A DNA stretch of 64,000 nucleotides from a virus. The notes under the pieces were generated by a model, which did not search any database, had not been told where the DNA came from, and worked only from the letters and a program-made list of their open reading frames with translations. Below, piece after piece: positions 27,376 to 35,566 of this stretch (the first letter of the stretch is position 1; the number at the start of each line of letters is the position of its first letter). Where the stretch lies: the IMG/VR virus record IMGVR_UViG_3300031825_000369. One strand, 5' to 3'. The position numbers and the translations under genes are program-made.

Positions 27376-29106
27376 CTAGTCGTCGTGCTGGTCGCTCTTC
27401 TTGCCCTTTTCCTCCGGCGGCCGAATCCATAACCCCTTGAATGCAACAGTCTTGGAGTGCCCCGTCGAGAACCGGTCGAACCCGTGCGACTCGAGCGCCT
27501 GACTGAATGATTTCGAGGAACCGGCGTCCTCGCCGTGTTTGCTTGCCCACTCCTGCCACGACTGATAGAGCACGGCAAACAGTTCCGTGTGCGTCTTCCC
27601 TTCGACACAGCAATCGGCCACCCACGCGAGTAGAGAATCCTCCTCCTCGAAATACTTTTCGGTGGCTTTTGTCACCGAATCCGGCGGTTTGAGCCCCTGG
27701 TCGATCCACTCGATGCACCCGACGACCATCCAGTTCAGAATGGCGGGCCATTCCTCGCGGAGCTTCTCCGGGAGGTCCTTGTCCTTCTCTTTCTCGGTGA
27801 TCCGTTGCGTCCACGGGATCAGGTGCAAGCGTCGCCGAATGGCCTCGTCGACCGAGCGAATCGACGGCTTGTAGTTGCCGGCGATGACCAGCTTGAACTT
27901 GGGTTGATAGGTGAAGAAGTCCGCGCGCATGAACCGCGCGGAGATCGGATCGCCCCCGGTCAACGCCTTGATCTTCGACTCCGCCCAGCGGCGCCCCTGC
28001 TCCGTTTCCTGCGCCGTCACGAGCCGCGCCCCGCGGAGCATCGCGAGCTCGGTGGGGTGGCGGTCCGACTGCGACGCGGTGAAGGCTTCAATCGGGGCGA
28101 TTTTCGCGTAGTCGCCCAGGATGCCGTTGATCGTGTTGTGAAACGTGCCCTTGCCGTTCCCGCCGGTGCCGTACGAGAAGAACAGGGCGTGCTCGGTCGT
28201 GAGGCCGGTGAGCGCGTAGCCACACACCCGTTGGAGGAACTTCTGTAGTGTCTCGTCGCCGTTGGTGGCCCACTTGAGGAACGCGAGCCACCGCGGGCAT
28301 TTATCGCCGAGCCCCACGGCGGTGATCTTGGTCCCGTATTCGTCGGGCCGTGACGCCCGAACCGCGCCGGTGCGGAGCTCGATCGTTCCGTCGGGCGTGT
28401 TCAGGATCCACTCGTGCGCGTCCCACTGGTCCATGGTGGCCGCGAGCCGGCGATCGCTCTTCGCGAGCGCCGTAGCCGCGTTCACCGTCTTGGCGCTCGT
28501 GATGATCGACGCGAGCTTCACGCTCTCGGCCCGCGCGCGCTCGGCGTGCTCGCGGAGCACGGGCCGGGCGAGGTCAAAGACGTGCAGCGTCTCGTCCTCT
28601 TTCCAGCGGGTGCCGTCCCACATATACCACCGCTTCCACTTCTCCGTGTAGCGGAGCGTGTCCTGATACCGCTCGGTGAACGCGAGCGCCAGGGCGTCGT
28701 CACTGTACTCCGGCGGCAGCACGGGAGCGTCCGACTCGGCCGGTATCGTGACTGCCCCGCTCGTGGTGCTCGGCCCGTGCTCGCCGATCTCCGTCGGCGG
28801 GATCACACCAACGACGCGCCCCTCCTTGCGCGCGCGGGCCGGCTTGTTCGCGGCCGCCACGAGTGCCGCGTCGACGTCCACGGAGAGCCTGAGGAGCACC
28901 TCCGAGACTTCCGTCCGCATCTCTTCGGGCAGGCGCCCCACGACCGCGGTTCGCTTACTCTCCTCGCCAACGTCAACCCTGTCCTTGAGCAACGGCGTGT
29001 CCAGATCGCTCTTGCGGAAGAGCGTCAGATTGCATTTGGACTGCCCGTTGACCACCGCGACCGCGCGCACGGTCGCGCCCTCGATCACGACCGGCTTATA
29101 CGCCAT
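27376..29106 (-). CDS. P4/D5-family SF3 primase-helicase, 576 aa
   Basis: D5-N region (WYMWDGTRWKED), GTGGNGKGT Walker A, LRGARLVTAQE, KALTGGDPISARFMR, AIRRRLHLIPW. Confidence 0.93.
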   Translation of the reverse strand: MAYKPVVIEGATVRAVAVVNGQSKCNLTLFRKSDLDTPLLKDRVDVGEESKRTAVVGRLPEEMRTEVSEVLLRLSVDVDAALVAAANKPARARKEGRVVGVIPPTEIGEHGPSTTSGAVTIPAESDAPVLPPEYSDDALALAFTERYQDTLRYTEKWKRWYMWDGTRWKEDETLHVFDLARPVLREHAERARAESVKLASIITSAKTVNAATALAKSDRRLAATMDQWDAHEWILNTPDGTIELRTGAVRASRPDEYGTKITAVGLGDKCPRWLAFLKWATNGDETLQKFLQRVCGYALTGLTTEHALFFSYGTGGNGKGTFHNTINGILGDYAKIAPIEAFTASQSDRHPTELAMLRGARLVTAQETEQGRRWAESKIKALTGGDPISARFMRADFFTYQPKFKLVIAGNYKPSIRSVDEAIRRRLHLIPWTQRITEKEKDKDLPEKLREEWPAILNWMVVGCIEWIDQGLKPPDSVTKATEKYFEEEDSLLAWVADCCVEGKTHTELFAVLYQSWQEWASKHGEDAGSSKSFSQALESHGFDRFSTGHSKTVAFKGLWIRPPEEKGKKSDQHDD

Positions 29107-30217
29107 CGGGCGAGCCTCCCGAGAACGGATTCCGCCAGCCCGATACGTTCGTGGCCGTGACGTTCGCTAGCGGCGAACGCCATTTGCCTTGCGGCGGCCC
29201 GTTCTTGTTGTACTTGCGCGCGTTCACGATCGTGTCCTCGAGCTTGTCGTCCGAGAGCGGCGTGGCGTTGCCCCCGTTCCAGTCGCGGAGATGGAGCAGC
29301 GTGTCGCCGTCGGAGAGCTCGCACGCGTGCAGGAGAAACCGCGCGTACCGGAACGCGACGTCGGACCGCTTCTCCCCCGCCGAGAGCCCCGAGGGGAGCG
29401 CGCGCTGGTAGGCCGCGATCCGGCGCGCGAGCGCGTCGTCGTCCATGACGTACGGCACCCGCCTAACGGTTGGTGGCGGAGGCGGAGGCGGAGCCACGGG
29501 AACGGCGGACGGCAGGCTGAGGGGCCACGACATCCACGCCCGGGCCGCGTCCGCGCCCTCGAGCCACTGGCCGCGATCGTCGATCCGTGACCAGTGGTCC
29601 TTCGTGTGGTGGCGGCCGACGACCCGAAGCCAATTGCCGTATTCCGAGATGTGCGGTTGCTTGGGGTAGGTCTCGCTGTCGAACTCGATCTCGGCGAGAA
29701 TCCCAGTGAGCAACACGAACAGGTCGCGCGTCGGCACCGGCTCCTCGAAGAAGCACCACAGGTGGTAGCCGCCGGCGCCGTTGGAGTCCTCGAGCAGCGG
29801 CTCCAGGCCGCGGGCGCGGAACGCGTCGAGCGCGCGCCGGGCCGTCTCAAGGTTGCGCTCGGCGATCTCCGGGCTCTTCTCGTGATTGTCGATGTCGAGC
29901 GCGCCGAACAGTGACGTGTGCACCCCTTCCGGCGAGAGCGTCGTCGTGTGCAGCCCGACGACGTCGTACCTCGACCGACCGAGGAAGTGGCGCTCGAGCA
30001 CCTTCGGCGTCAGCTGCACCTTGCCGCGGTCCGCCTTCGCCGGCGCCGTCCACGCACCGAACGCGCGGGTCCCGTCGCGCTTGGGCACCATCCCGTACGC
30101 GCCCCAGACGTCGGTGCGGTTGACGAGCCGCTCCCACGCGTGCGCGGCGAGCCGGAACGCCTCCGCCCGCCACCCGTCCGCCGGCGTCGGCGGAATGAAC
30201 ACCGCTCCGCTCATCAT
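29096..30217 (-). CDS. Archaeo-eukaryotic primase (AEP-TOTE-like) with a C-terminal PriCT-like domain, 373 aa
   Basis: NRTDVWG.Y, ERHFLG...VGLH, FGALDIDNH, EDSNGAGGYHLW, GNWLR..G.H; helical C-terminus RDWN..N..PLSDDKL. Confidence 0.75.
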   Translation of the reverse strand: MMSGAVFIPPTPADGWRAEAFRLAAHAWERLVNRTDVWGAYGMVPKRDGTRAFGAWTAPAKADRGKVQLTPKVLERHFLGRSRYDVVGLHTTTLSPEGVHTSLFGALDIDNHEKSPEIAERNLETARRALDAFRARGLEPLLEDSNGAGGYHLWCFFEEPVPTRDLFVLLTGILAEIEFDSETYPKQPHISEYGNWLRVVGRHHTKDHWSRIDDRGQWLEGADAARAWMSWPLSLPSAVPVAPPPPPPPTVRRVPYVMDDDALARRIAAYQRALPSGLSAGEKRSDVAFRYARFLLHACELSDGDTLLHLRDWNGGNATPLSDDKLEDTIVNARKYNKNGPPQGKWRSPLANVTATNVSGWRNPFSGGSPDGV

Positions 30218-31317
30218 GCCGCCCTCTGGACGATCGTTAGGCCGGTGCGCGCCCGCGTGAATGCCGTATACAACCACCGCTGCCGGAGCGGCGGATCCCA
30301 GGCCCCGAATCCGTCATCCCACACGAGCACCTCCTCCCATTCGGAGCCCTGCGCCTTGTGCACCGTCAGGCAGTATCCGTAATCGATCGGCACGCGCTTG
30401 CGCCCGACCCGGCGTGCCGCGGTCGCGTCGGCGCAGAGCTCCACCGGCACCGCGGGCAAGTGGCGACCGTCCGGCGAGAGCAACGAGAGCCGCCAGTCGT
30501 CGCGTCGGATCTCACAGGCCGACCCGGCGCACTGGAGTTGCTCCCCGTTGGCGACGCCGTAGTCCGGCGAGTTGCGGAGCACGACGACCGTCTCGCCGTG
30601 CTTCGGGTACGGCGACGCGTGGCCGTAGTGGTCGCGATAGATCGCGTTCACGCGCGCACGATTGCGGTTCGTGCCGGCGATGATCTGTGCGGCGCCCGCG
30701 AGGATCGGCAACTCCTCGGCGGCGATGTCGCGCGCGTCGAGGAACCGGAGCCCGCCCTCGTCACGCGCCGGGACCGCGCGCCCTTGCCGGACCGCCGTGG
30801 CGAGCCGGAGGATCGGGTCGTCCTCGGCCTGCCGATGGACCTCAGTCAGCAGGTAGTCGGGCTCGCGCGCCGTGAAGTAGCCGGCCCCGTCCACCGGTGG
30901 GAGCTGCGCCGGGTCACCGAGCACGAGCACCGGCGTGCCGAACGCGAGCACGTCGCGCGCGAGCTGCGCGCCCACCATCGAGCACTCGTCGAGGATGAGC
31001 AGCGACGCGCCCCTGAGATCGCTCAGCGGGTTTGGTGACCAGGTGACGTTGCCGAACACGTCCTCGGATCGCTTGTAGATGAGCGAGTGCAGCGTCGAGG
31101 CGCCGTCGCACCCCTTCGACCGGAGCACGGCCGCCGCCTTCCCCGTGTACGCGGCGAACAGCACGCGGCCCGGGACCATGTCGGCGACCTCGCGAGCCAG
31201 CGTCGTCTTGCCCGTGCCGGCGTAGCCGGCCAGGTAGAACGTCGGACGGACCGAATACCGGAGCCACTCGTCGACGCCCTGGAGCGCCGCCTGCTGCTGT
31301 GTGGACCATTCGGTCAT
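30214..31317 (-). CDS. SF1 (RecD/Dda-like) helicase, 367 aa
   Basis: GYAGTGKTT, ILDECSMV, LGDPAQLPPV, LTEVHRQ, YCLTVHKAQGSEW, WLYTAFTRA. Confidence 0.93.
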   Translation of the reverse strand: MTEWSTQQQAALQGVDEWLRYSVRPTFYLAGYAGTGKTTLAREVADMVPGRVLFAAYTGKAAAVLRSKGCDGASTLHSLIYKRSEDVFGNVTWSPNPLSDLRGASLLILDECSMVGAQLARDVLAFGTPVLVLGDPAQLPPVDGAGYFTAREPDYLLTEVHRQAEDDPILRLATAVRQGRAVPARDEGGLRFLDARDIAAEELPILAGAAQIIAGTNRNRARVNAIYRDHYGHASPYPKHGETVVVLRNSPDYGVANGEQLQCAGSACEIRRDDWRLSLLSPDGRHLPAVPVELCADATAARRVGRKRVPIDYGYCLTVHKAQGSEWEEVLVWDDGFGAWDPPLRQRWLYTAFTRARTGLTIVQRAA

Positions 31318-31454
31318 CGGGGCCGTCCGCGCAGCGCGACGTACAGCACCAACGCCACCACCCCGGTCACGTCGAGCCATCGACCCGGTAGCGCACTGGC
31401 CGCGAGGCCGAGCACGCCAACGCTGAGGCACGCCCCGCGTGCGAAGTCACGCAT
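31314..31454 (-). CDS. Small membrane protein, 46 aa
   Basis: MRDFARGACLSVGVLGLAASALPGRWLDVTGVVALVLYVALRGRPR; ATGA overlap with the helicase start. Confidence 0.5.
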   Translation of the reverse strand: MRDFARGACLSVGVLGLAASALPGRWLDVTGVVALVLYVALRGRPR

Positions 31455-31644
31455 CGCGCCGCCCGCGCCAACGGTCGGGGTACGTCACCCGGAGCGACTG
31501 GCCGCACGTCGCACAGTCCCGGGCGTGCACGACCCGGCGCTTTCGCGCCCAGCGGCGCCACTCGGCGCCATGGTGATCGCAGGGAGGCGGAGTCAAGGGG
31601 AGCGCGCGTACGCGTGCCGGCGCGCGGCGGAGTGCGTTAGACAT
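31447..31644 (-). CDS. Small Zn-binding hypothetical protein, 65 aa
   Basis: CDHH...CATCG; overlaps its neighbours. Confidence 0.5.
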   Translation of the reverse strand: MSNALRRAPARVRALPLTPPPCDHHGAEWRRWARKRRVVHARDCATCGQSLRVTYPDRWRGRRDA

Positions 31645-32044
31645 GGTGCGCGCCCTCCTGCGTCGCGTTCGCGAGCGCATCAGCGGCCGCGAGCGCACGC
31701 GCCTCGAGCGAGCGCACGAGATCCCATCGGTCGTCGCGCGCGGTCGGGTTCAGCTGCGGTTTCTCCCACAACCGCGGCTCGCGACGGACCGCGCCCGGGT
31801 GCGCGTGCACCGCGAGGAACGCCTCGCGCATCGGGTGCACCCCGCCGACCGGGAGCGGCGCCGGCCTGCCCGGCGGTGGGAGCTGGAGCTCGGCGTTCAC
31901 CCAACCGCCGCAGATCGCACACTGCATGTGCACCGGCACGAGCCCGCGGTTCCTCGCCTCGGCCTCGGGCGTAGTGAGGAACGTGTAGACGACCCAGGGC
32001 TGGTCGGTCTCGTACGTGTCGTAGCCCTTCCGGTCAGGCGGCAT
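31637..32044 (-). CDS. Hypothetical protein, 135 aa
   Basis: CAIC...H.H possible metal site; overlaps its neighbours. Confidence 0.6.
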   Translation of the reverse strand: MPPDRKGYDTYETDQPWVVYTFLTTPEAEARNRGLVPVHMQCAICGGWVNAELQLPPPGRPAPLPVGGVHPMREAFLAVHAHPGAVRREPRLWEKPQLNPTARDDRWDLVRSLEARALAAADALANATQEGAHHV

Positions 32045-32216
32045 GGCTCGCCCCCGTCGCTTCGACTTCGTCGCGCTCGAACACGTACGGGGTATCCGGA
32101 TAACGGTCGAGCCGCACGCGGTACTGTCCGGGTTCCACCGCGATCACAACGCCCTGTTCGCCGTAGTCGAGGTCCGCCGTCACTACGACGCGCTGTCCCT
32201 TCGCGATGGCGGTCAT
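32034..32216 (-). CDS. Small SH3/KOW-like protein, 60 aa
   Basis: KGQRVVV.....GEQGVVIAV...YRVRLD pattern. Confidence 0.6.
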   Translation of the reverse strand: MTAIAKGQRVVVTADLDYGEQGVVIAVEPGQYRVRLDRYPDTPYVFERDEVEATGASHAA

Positions 32217-32361
32217 CGGGAACCCCCCGCGCGCGAAAGTCGTACGAAACGTCGTACGCTGCGATTTTTTTGGTCCCGGGCGGCCGCGCGCTCCGTACGC
32301 TTCCTAACGCTTCCTACTCTGAGCGCGAGCCGTTGACCCCGCCGTTGCGGGAGCGACGTTT

Positions 32362-32413
32362 GACTTAGGATCCAGTGGGGCAACCCGTCCGGGTTCGAGT
32401 CCCGGCTTTCGCA
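32362..32413 (+). other. attP core = 3' half of tRNA-Leu(UAG)
   Basis: GA-CTTAGGA (TAG anticodon loop)-TCCAG, long variable arm TGGG-GCAA-CCCG, T-arm CCGGG-TTCGAGT-CCCGG, acceptor CTTTCGC-A. There is no D-arm; it lies 22 bp from the int stop. Confidence 0.88.
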
Positions 32414-32434
32414 TCTCCTTGTTGCACAACGCAT

Positions 32435-33685
32435 TTAGTCATCCCTCCTGAGCTCGGCGCGCGGGCGCTCCTCGTCCGCAGTCGCACGAGCGGTCGTAGT
32501 CGGATTCACGAGGTAAGGCACTTTCGGTTTGCCTTCGCCTTTCGATTCGGTCGCGCGTTGCACTTCGGCGAGCCGGTCCTCGAGCGTGCGCGTGATGTGG
32601 GCGTAGGTCTCGGTGACCTGGTAGACCGTGTTCCCGAGGAGATCGGCGATCCACTCCCACGACATCCCCTTGAGGCGCCATCGCACCGCGCACGAGTGGC
32701 GCGCGTCCTTGAGCGTGTAGTCCACCACGCCGGCGGCCTTGCACCCCTGCTCGTGATGGTGATGGAGCATGTGCCGCGTCACCCCCGGGAACACGTCATC
32801 GTTAGGCCCGAGGGCCATCTCGGCGACGTAGGCGCGGAGCCGCGGCAGCGCCCAGGGTTCGATGAACACAACGCGGTTCACCAGCCGGCGCGACGTCTTC
32901 CCCTTCACGTGCGCCGTGCCCTGGTCCAGGTCCAGGTGCCGGAGCTTGAAGTGCGGCGGGAGCGCGTACCCGACGTCCGTGGTGCTCGCCATAACGAACG
33001 CCAGCGCCGCCCGGATCCGTGCGGCCAGGGGCCGCGCCTCGCGCGTCGGGTTGACCGCGTCGACGATCGCCCGGTCGGTCGCTTCCGTCTCCCACCGCTC
33101 GCGCTTCTTGTTCTTGGCCGGCGACGCAACCCGCCCCTTGATCGGGTTCTCCGTGAGCACGGTCATCTCCAGCAGGTACGCGACGAAGGAGTAGAGGGCG
33201 TACAGGTACTTACGCCGTGTCCCGCTCGTGACGTCGGGCAGCTCCGAGAGCCATCGGCTCACGGTCGCCGGCGTCAGGTCCGCGCTCGTGAACGTGCCCG
33301 TGACCAGCGTCTCCACCTGCGCGCGGTACGTCGTCGCCGTGGTGGGGTTGTCCGTGTTCCGCCGGACCCACTTCCCCCACGCGTCGAGATGCCCCGCGAG
33401 CGGGACCGCCGAGAGCTCGGCGCGGAGATCGTCGAGCCGGCGCGGCGCGTAGAACTGCTCGTAGAGCCGGAACAGCGTCAGCTTGCGCCCCTGCACCTTC
33501 CGCCCCTCGGCGACGGCGTACAGGAACTCGCGCGTCTCCGCGCGCTCGGCGAGATGGTCGCGCATCCGCACGAGCTCCTTGAGCATCGCGTCGCCGTCGA
33601 TCCCCGCGCTCCGCTGCACCAGCTTGCCCGTTCGCGTCGGGAGGTAAATCTGCCCGCGCGAGCCCTTCATGAACGCGGCGCTCAT
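32435..33685 (-). CDS. int: Tyrosine recombinase/integrase, 416 aa, atypical active site
   Basis: SAM-like core-binding domain (TATTYRAQV, TRRKYLYALYSF), KGKT, YTLKDARHS, IADLLGN, TETYAH; adjacent to attP. Confidence 0.88.
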   Translation of the reverse strand: MSAAFMKGSRGQIYLPTRTGKLVQRSAGIDGDAMLKELVRMRDHLAERAETREFLYAVAEGRKVQGRKLTLFRLYEQFYAPRRLDDLRAELSAVPLAGHLDAWGKWVRRNTDNPTTATTYRAQVETLVTGTFTSADLTPATVSRWLSELPDVTSGTRRKYLYALYSFVAYLLEMTVLTENPIKGRVASPAKNKKRERWETEATDRAIVDAVNPTREARPLAARIRAALAFVMASTTDVGYALPPHFKLRHLDLDQGTAHVKGKTSRRLVNRVVFIEPWALPRLRAYVAEMALGPNDDVFPGVTRHMLHHHHEQGCKAAGVVDYTLKDARHSCAVRWRLKGMSWEWIADLLGNTVYQVTETYAHITRTLEDRLAEVQRATESKGEGKPKVPYLVNPTTTARATADEERPRAELRRDD

Positions 33686-33993
33686 AGGTCGATCCGGTAC
33701 GTGAGGCGTGAGGCGACGTACGCGAGGCACTGCGACTTGAGATAGCGCACGTTCCCGCGCGTCTTGCCGGGCTTCGTCAGCGGCGCGCGCGGCACGTCGC
33801 TCTTTTCCAGCCACTCCGGCGACACCTTCATCAGCGCCGCGGCTTCGTCCAGGTCCAGCACTTCATCGTTGAGTGCGGCGAGGAACCGGAGGGCGCGCTC
33901 GACGGCGTTCGGTGCGCCAATGGCCCCGTCTGACGGCGACGGGGCCACGGGCACCACGGGGCGGCGAAGCGGCGCCGCACCACCACGGCTCAC
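33682..33993 (-). CDS. xis: Excisionase-like winged HTH (HTH_17 type), 103 aa
   Basis: EVLDLDEAAALMKVSPEWL...VRYLKS; directly upstream of int with an ATGA overlap. Confidence 0.75.
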   Translation of the reverse strand: MSRGGAAPLRRPVVPVAPSPSDGAIGAPNAVERALRFLAALNDEVLDLDEAAALMKVSPEWLEKSDVPRAPLTKPGKTRGNVRYLKSQCLAYVASRLTYRIDL

Positions 33994-34745
33994 GGAGCCA
34001 CGACCCACGGGGCGATGCCGACCTTCCGAATCTCGCGCCGGTCGACCAGCACCCACACGCCGATGTGCTCGCCGATCTCCGCCTGACGCCGCTCCGTCGC
34101 GGGCCAGTCGATGCCGTCGAACGCGACCATGCGCATGTGCTCCCAGAGCTTGTCGGAATTGCCGTGGTTCCACAGCGTCGGATCGTCGGGCTCCCGCTCG
34201 ATGTCCGGCTCGCTCTGCTTCATGATGGTGAGCCGGTGCGTCCACTTGTTGTTGAGGTAGTCGAGCATCTTCGCCACCAGCCGCGCCGACACACGCCCCG
34301 TGCGGCACGTGATCGAGCAGTACGGCGTGTGAAACGACTCCCGCCACCCGCCTAACAGGTGCCGGTCGCAACGCGGACACCGGTCGGGACTCCACACCCA
34401 CTCGCCCTCGTCGCGCCGGTAGACAATGGCGGTCCGATCGGTGAGCACGAACGCCATCACGGAGGCGGTGCACCGCTGCTCCATGAGGCAGCTTGCGTTG
34501 AGGTCGAACTGGTGCGAGCCAATGGCATCGCTGATGTCCCAGTCGACGCCGATCGCGGCGCCGATGTACTCTCGGCCCTCCTCGCTCGTTGGTGAGACGT
34601 GAGGCGCGACGCGCTGCAGATAGCGTGTGGCGGCGTCGGCCATGGTGAGCAGCGCGAGCACTTCCTTGGTCGGGACCGGGCGCGCGGTGCGCCCGGTCGG
34701 TGGCTGCGTGCGGGACGCGTCCCGCTCGATCGCTATCGCGGTCAT
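33990..34745 (-). CDS. Hypothetical Zn-finger protein, 251 aa (paralog B)
   Basis: DRCPRCDR...YCSITC; ATGA overlap. Confidence 0.65.
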   Translation of the reverse strand: MTAIAIERDASRTQPPTGRTARPVPTKEVLALLTMADAATRYLQRVAPHVSPTSEEGREYIGAAIGVDWDISDAIGSHQFDLNASCLMEQRCTASVMAFVLTDRTAIVYRRDEGEWVWSPDRCPRCDRHLLGGWRESFHTPYCSITCRTGRVSARLVAKMLDYLNNKWTHRLTIMKQSEPDIEREPDDPTLWNHGNSDKLWEHMRMVAFDGIDWPATERRQAEIGEHIGVWVLVDRREIRKVGIAPWVVAP

Positions 34746-35566
34746 GACTGAGCCCTCACCGGTTCGGCGTCTGACGCGGAACGCCACGACCACGGCCGCC
34801 CGCGCGCCTTGATGACTTCGGAGCCGTCGACCAACGCGAACCCGACAACGCCTTCCGCTTGGTAGGCCGGCTCTCGCGTGACCATCGTCAGGAACCAGTC
34901 GACACACGGATGCCGGAGCGCGCACGGCAGGTTGAACGGGAGGTCCGGGCCACCAGCCCACACGACCGCGTTCGGGTCGTCCTTGAACGCCAGCGTTTGG
35001 AGAATGTTGTCGCTCTCCGCCCACGCCGTTTCGAGGTCCCGGATGAACGCGCGGCGCTCCTGTGCCGTGACCCGGCTCGTCGCGCACGGCACGCTGCAGC
35101 ACATCGCCGCGCCGTCGAACACCGGCGGACCGACGATCGCGCGGTCGCAGCGGCGGCACCGGTCGGAATGCAGCGTGAACTGCGTCGCGCCCGGCCCCGC
35201 CACGAGGATCGACCCGTCCTTGAGCCCGACGACGGCGTACCCGCCGCCGAACCGCTCGCGGTTGTACCAGGAGCGGTCGAGGCAAATCTCCGGCGCGAGC
35301 GGCACGAGCGTCCGACAGTGCGGCCCATCCTGCAGTACCTCAAGCATCGAGTGGTCGGCGTCGCGGTTCCGTAGAGCCGGCCCGATGAGGGGCAGCGCTC
35401 CAGTGAAGAGGTCCCGGAGCTCGGCGAGCCGCGCCGCCGCGATCTTGCGCGCGGGCATCGGCCGCGGCCAGAACGTCTGCGGCGTGGACGGCACGCGGCG
35501 CAGGTGCCGACGACGCCGCGCCCGAACGACGGGCGCGGGGGTCGGTCGAATGGCGACGGCGGTCAT
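34742..35566 (-). CDS. Hypothetical Zn-finger protein, 274 aa (paralog A)
   Basis: DRCRRCDR...CCSVPC; ATGA overlap. Confidence 0.65.
   Translation of the reverse strand: MTAVAIRPTPAPVVRARRRRHLRRVPSTPQTFWPRPMPARKIAAARLAELRDLFTGALPLIGPALRNRDADHSMLEVLQDGPHCRTLVPLAPEICLDRSWYNRERFGGGYAVVGLKDGSILVAGPGATQFTLHSDRCRRCDRAIVGPPVFDGAAMCCSVPCATSRVTAQERRAFIRDLETAWAESDNILQTLAFKDDPNAVVWAGGPDLPFNLPCALRHPCVDWFLTMVTREPAYQAEGVVGFALVDGSEVIKARGRPWSWRSASDAEPVRAQS

Noticed and set aside
32340-32420. Complete tRNA gene
   Set aside because: Only the anticodon loop to the acceptor end is present. There is no D-arm and the 5' anticodon stem does not pair, so it is an att core.
32213-32434. 73-aa ORF MRCATRRCESRDSNP...
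   Set aside because: Typical antisense translation of a tRNA T-arm, not a protein.
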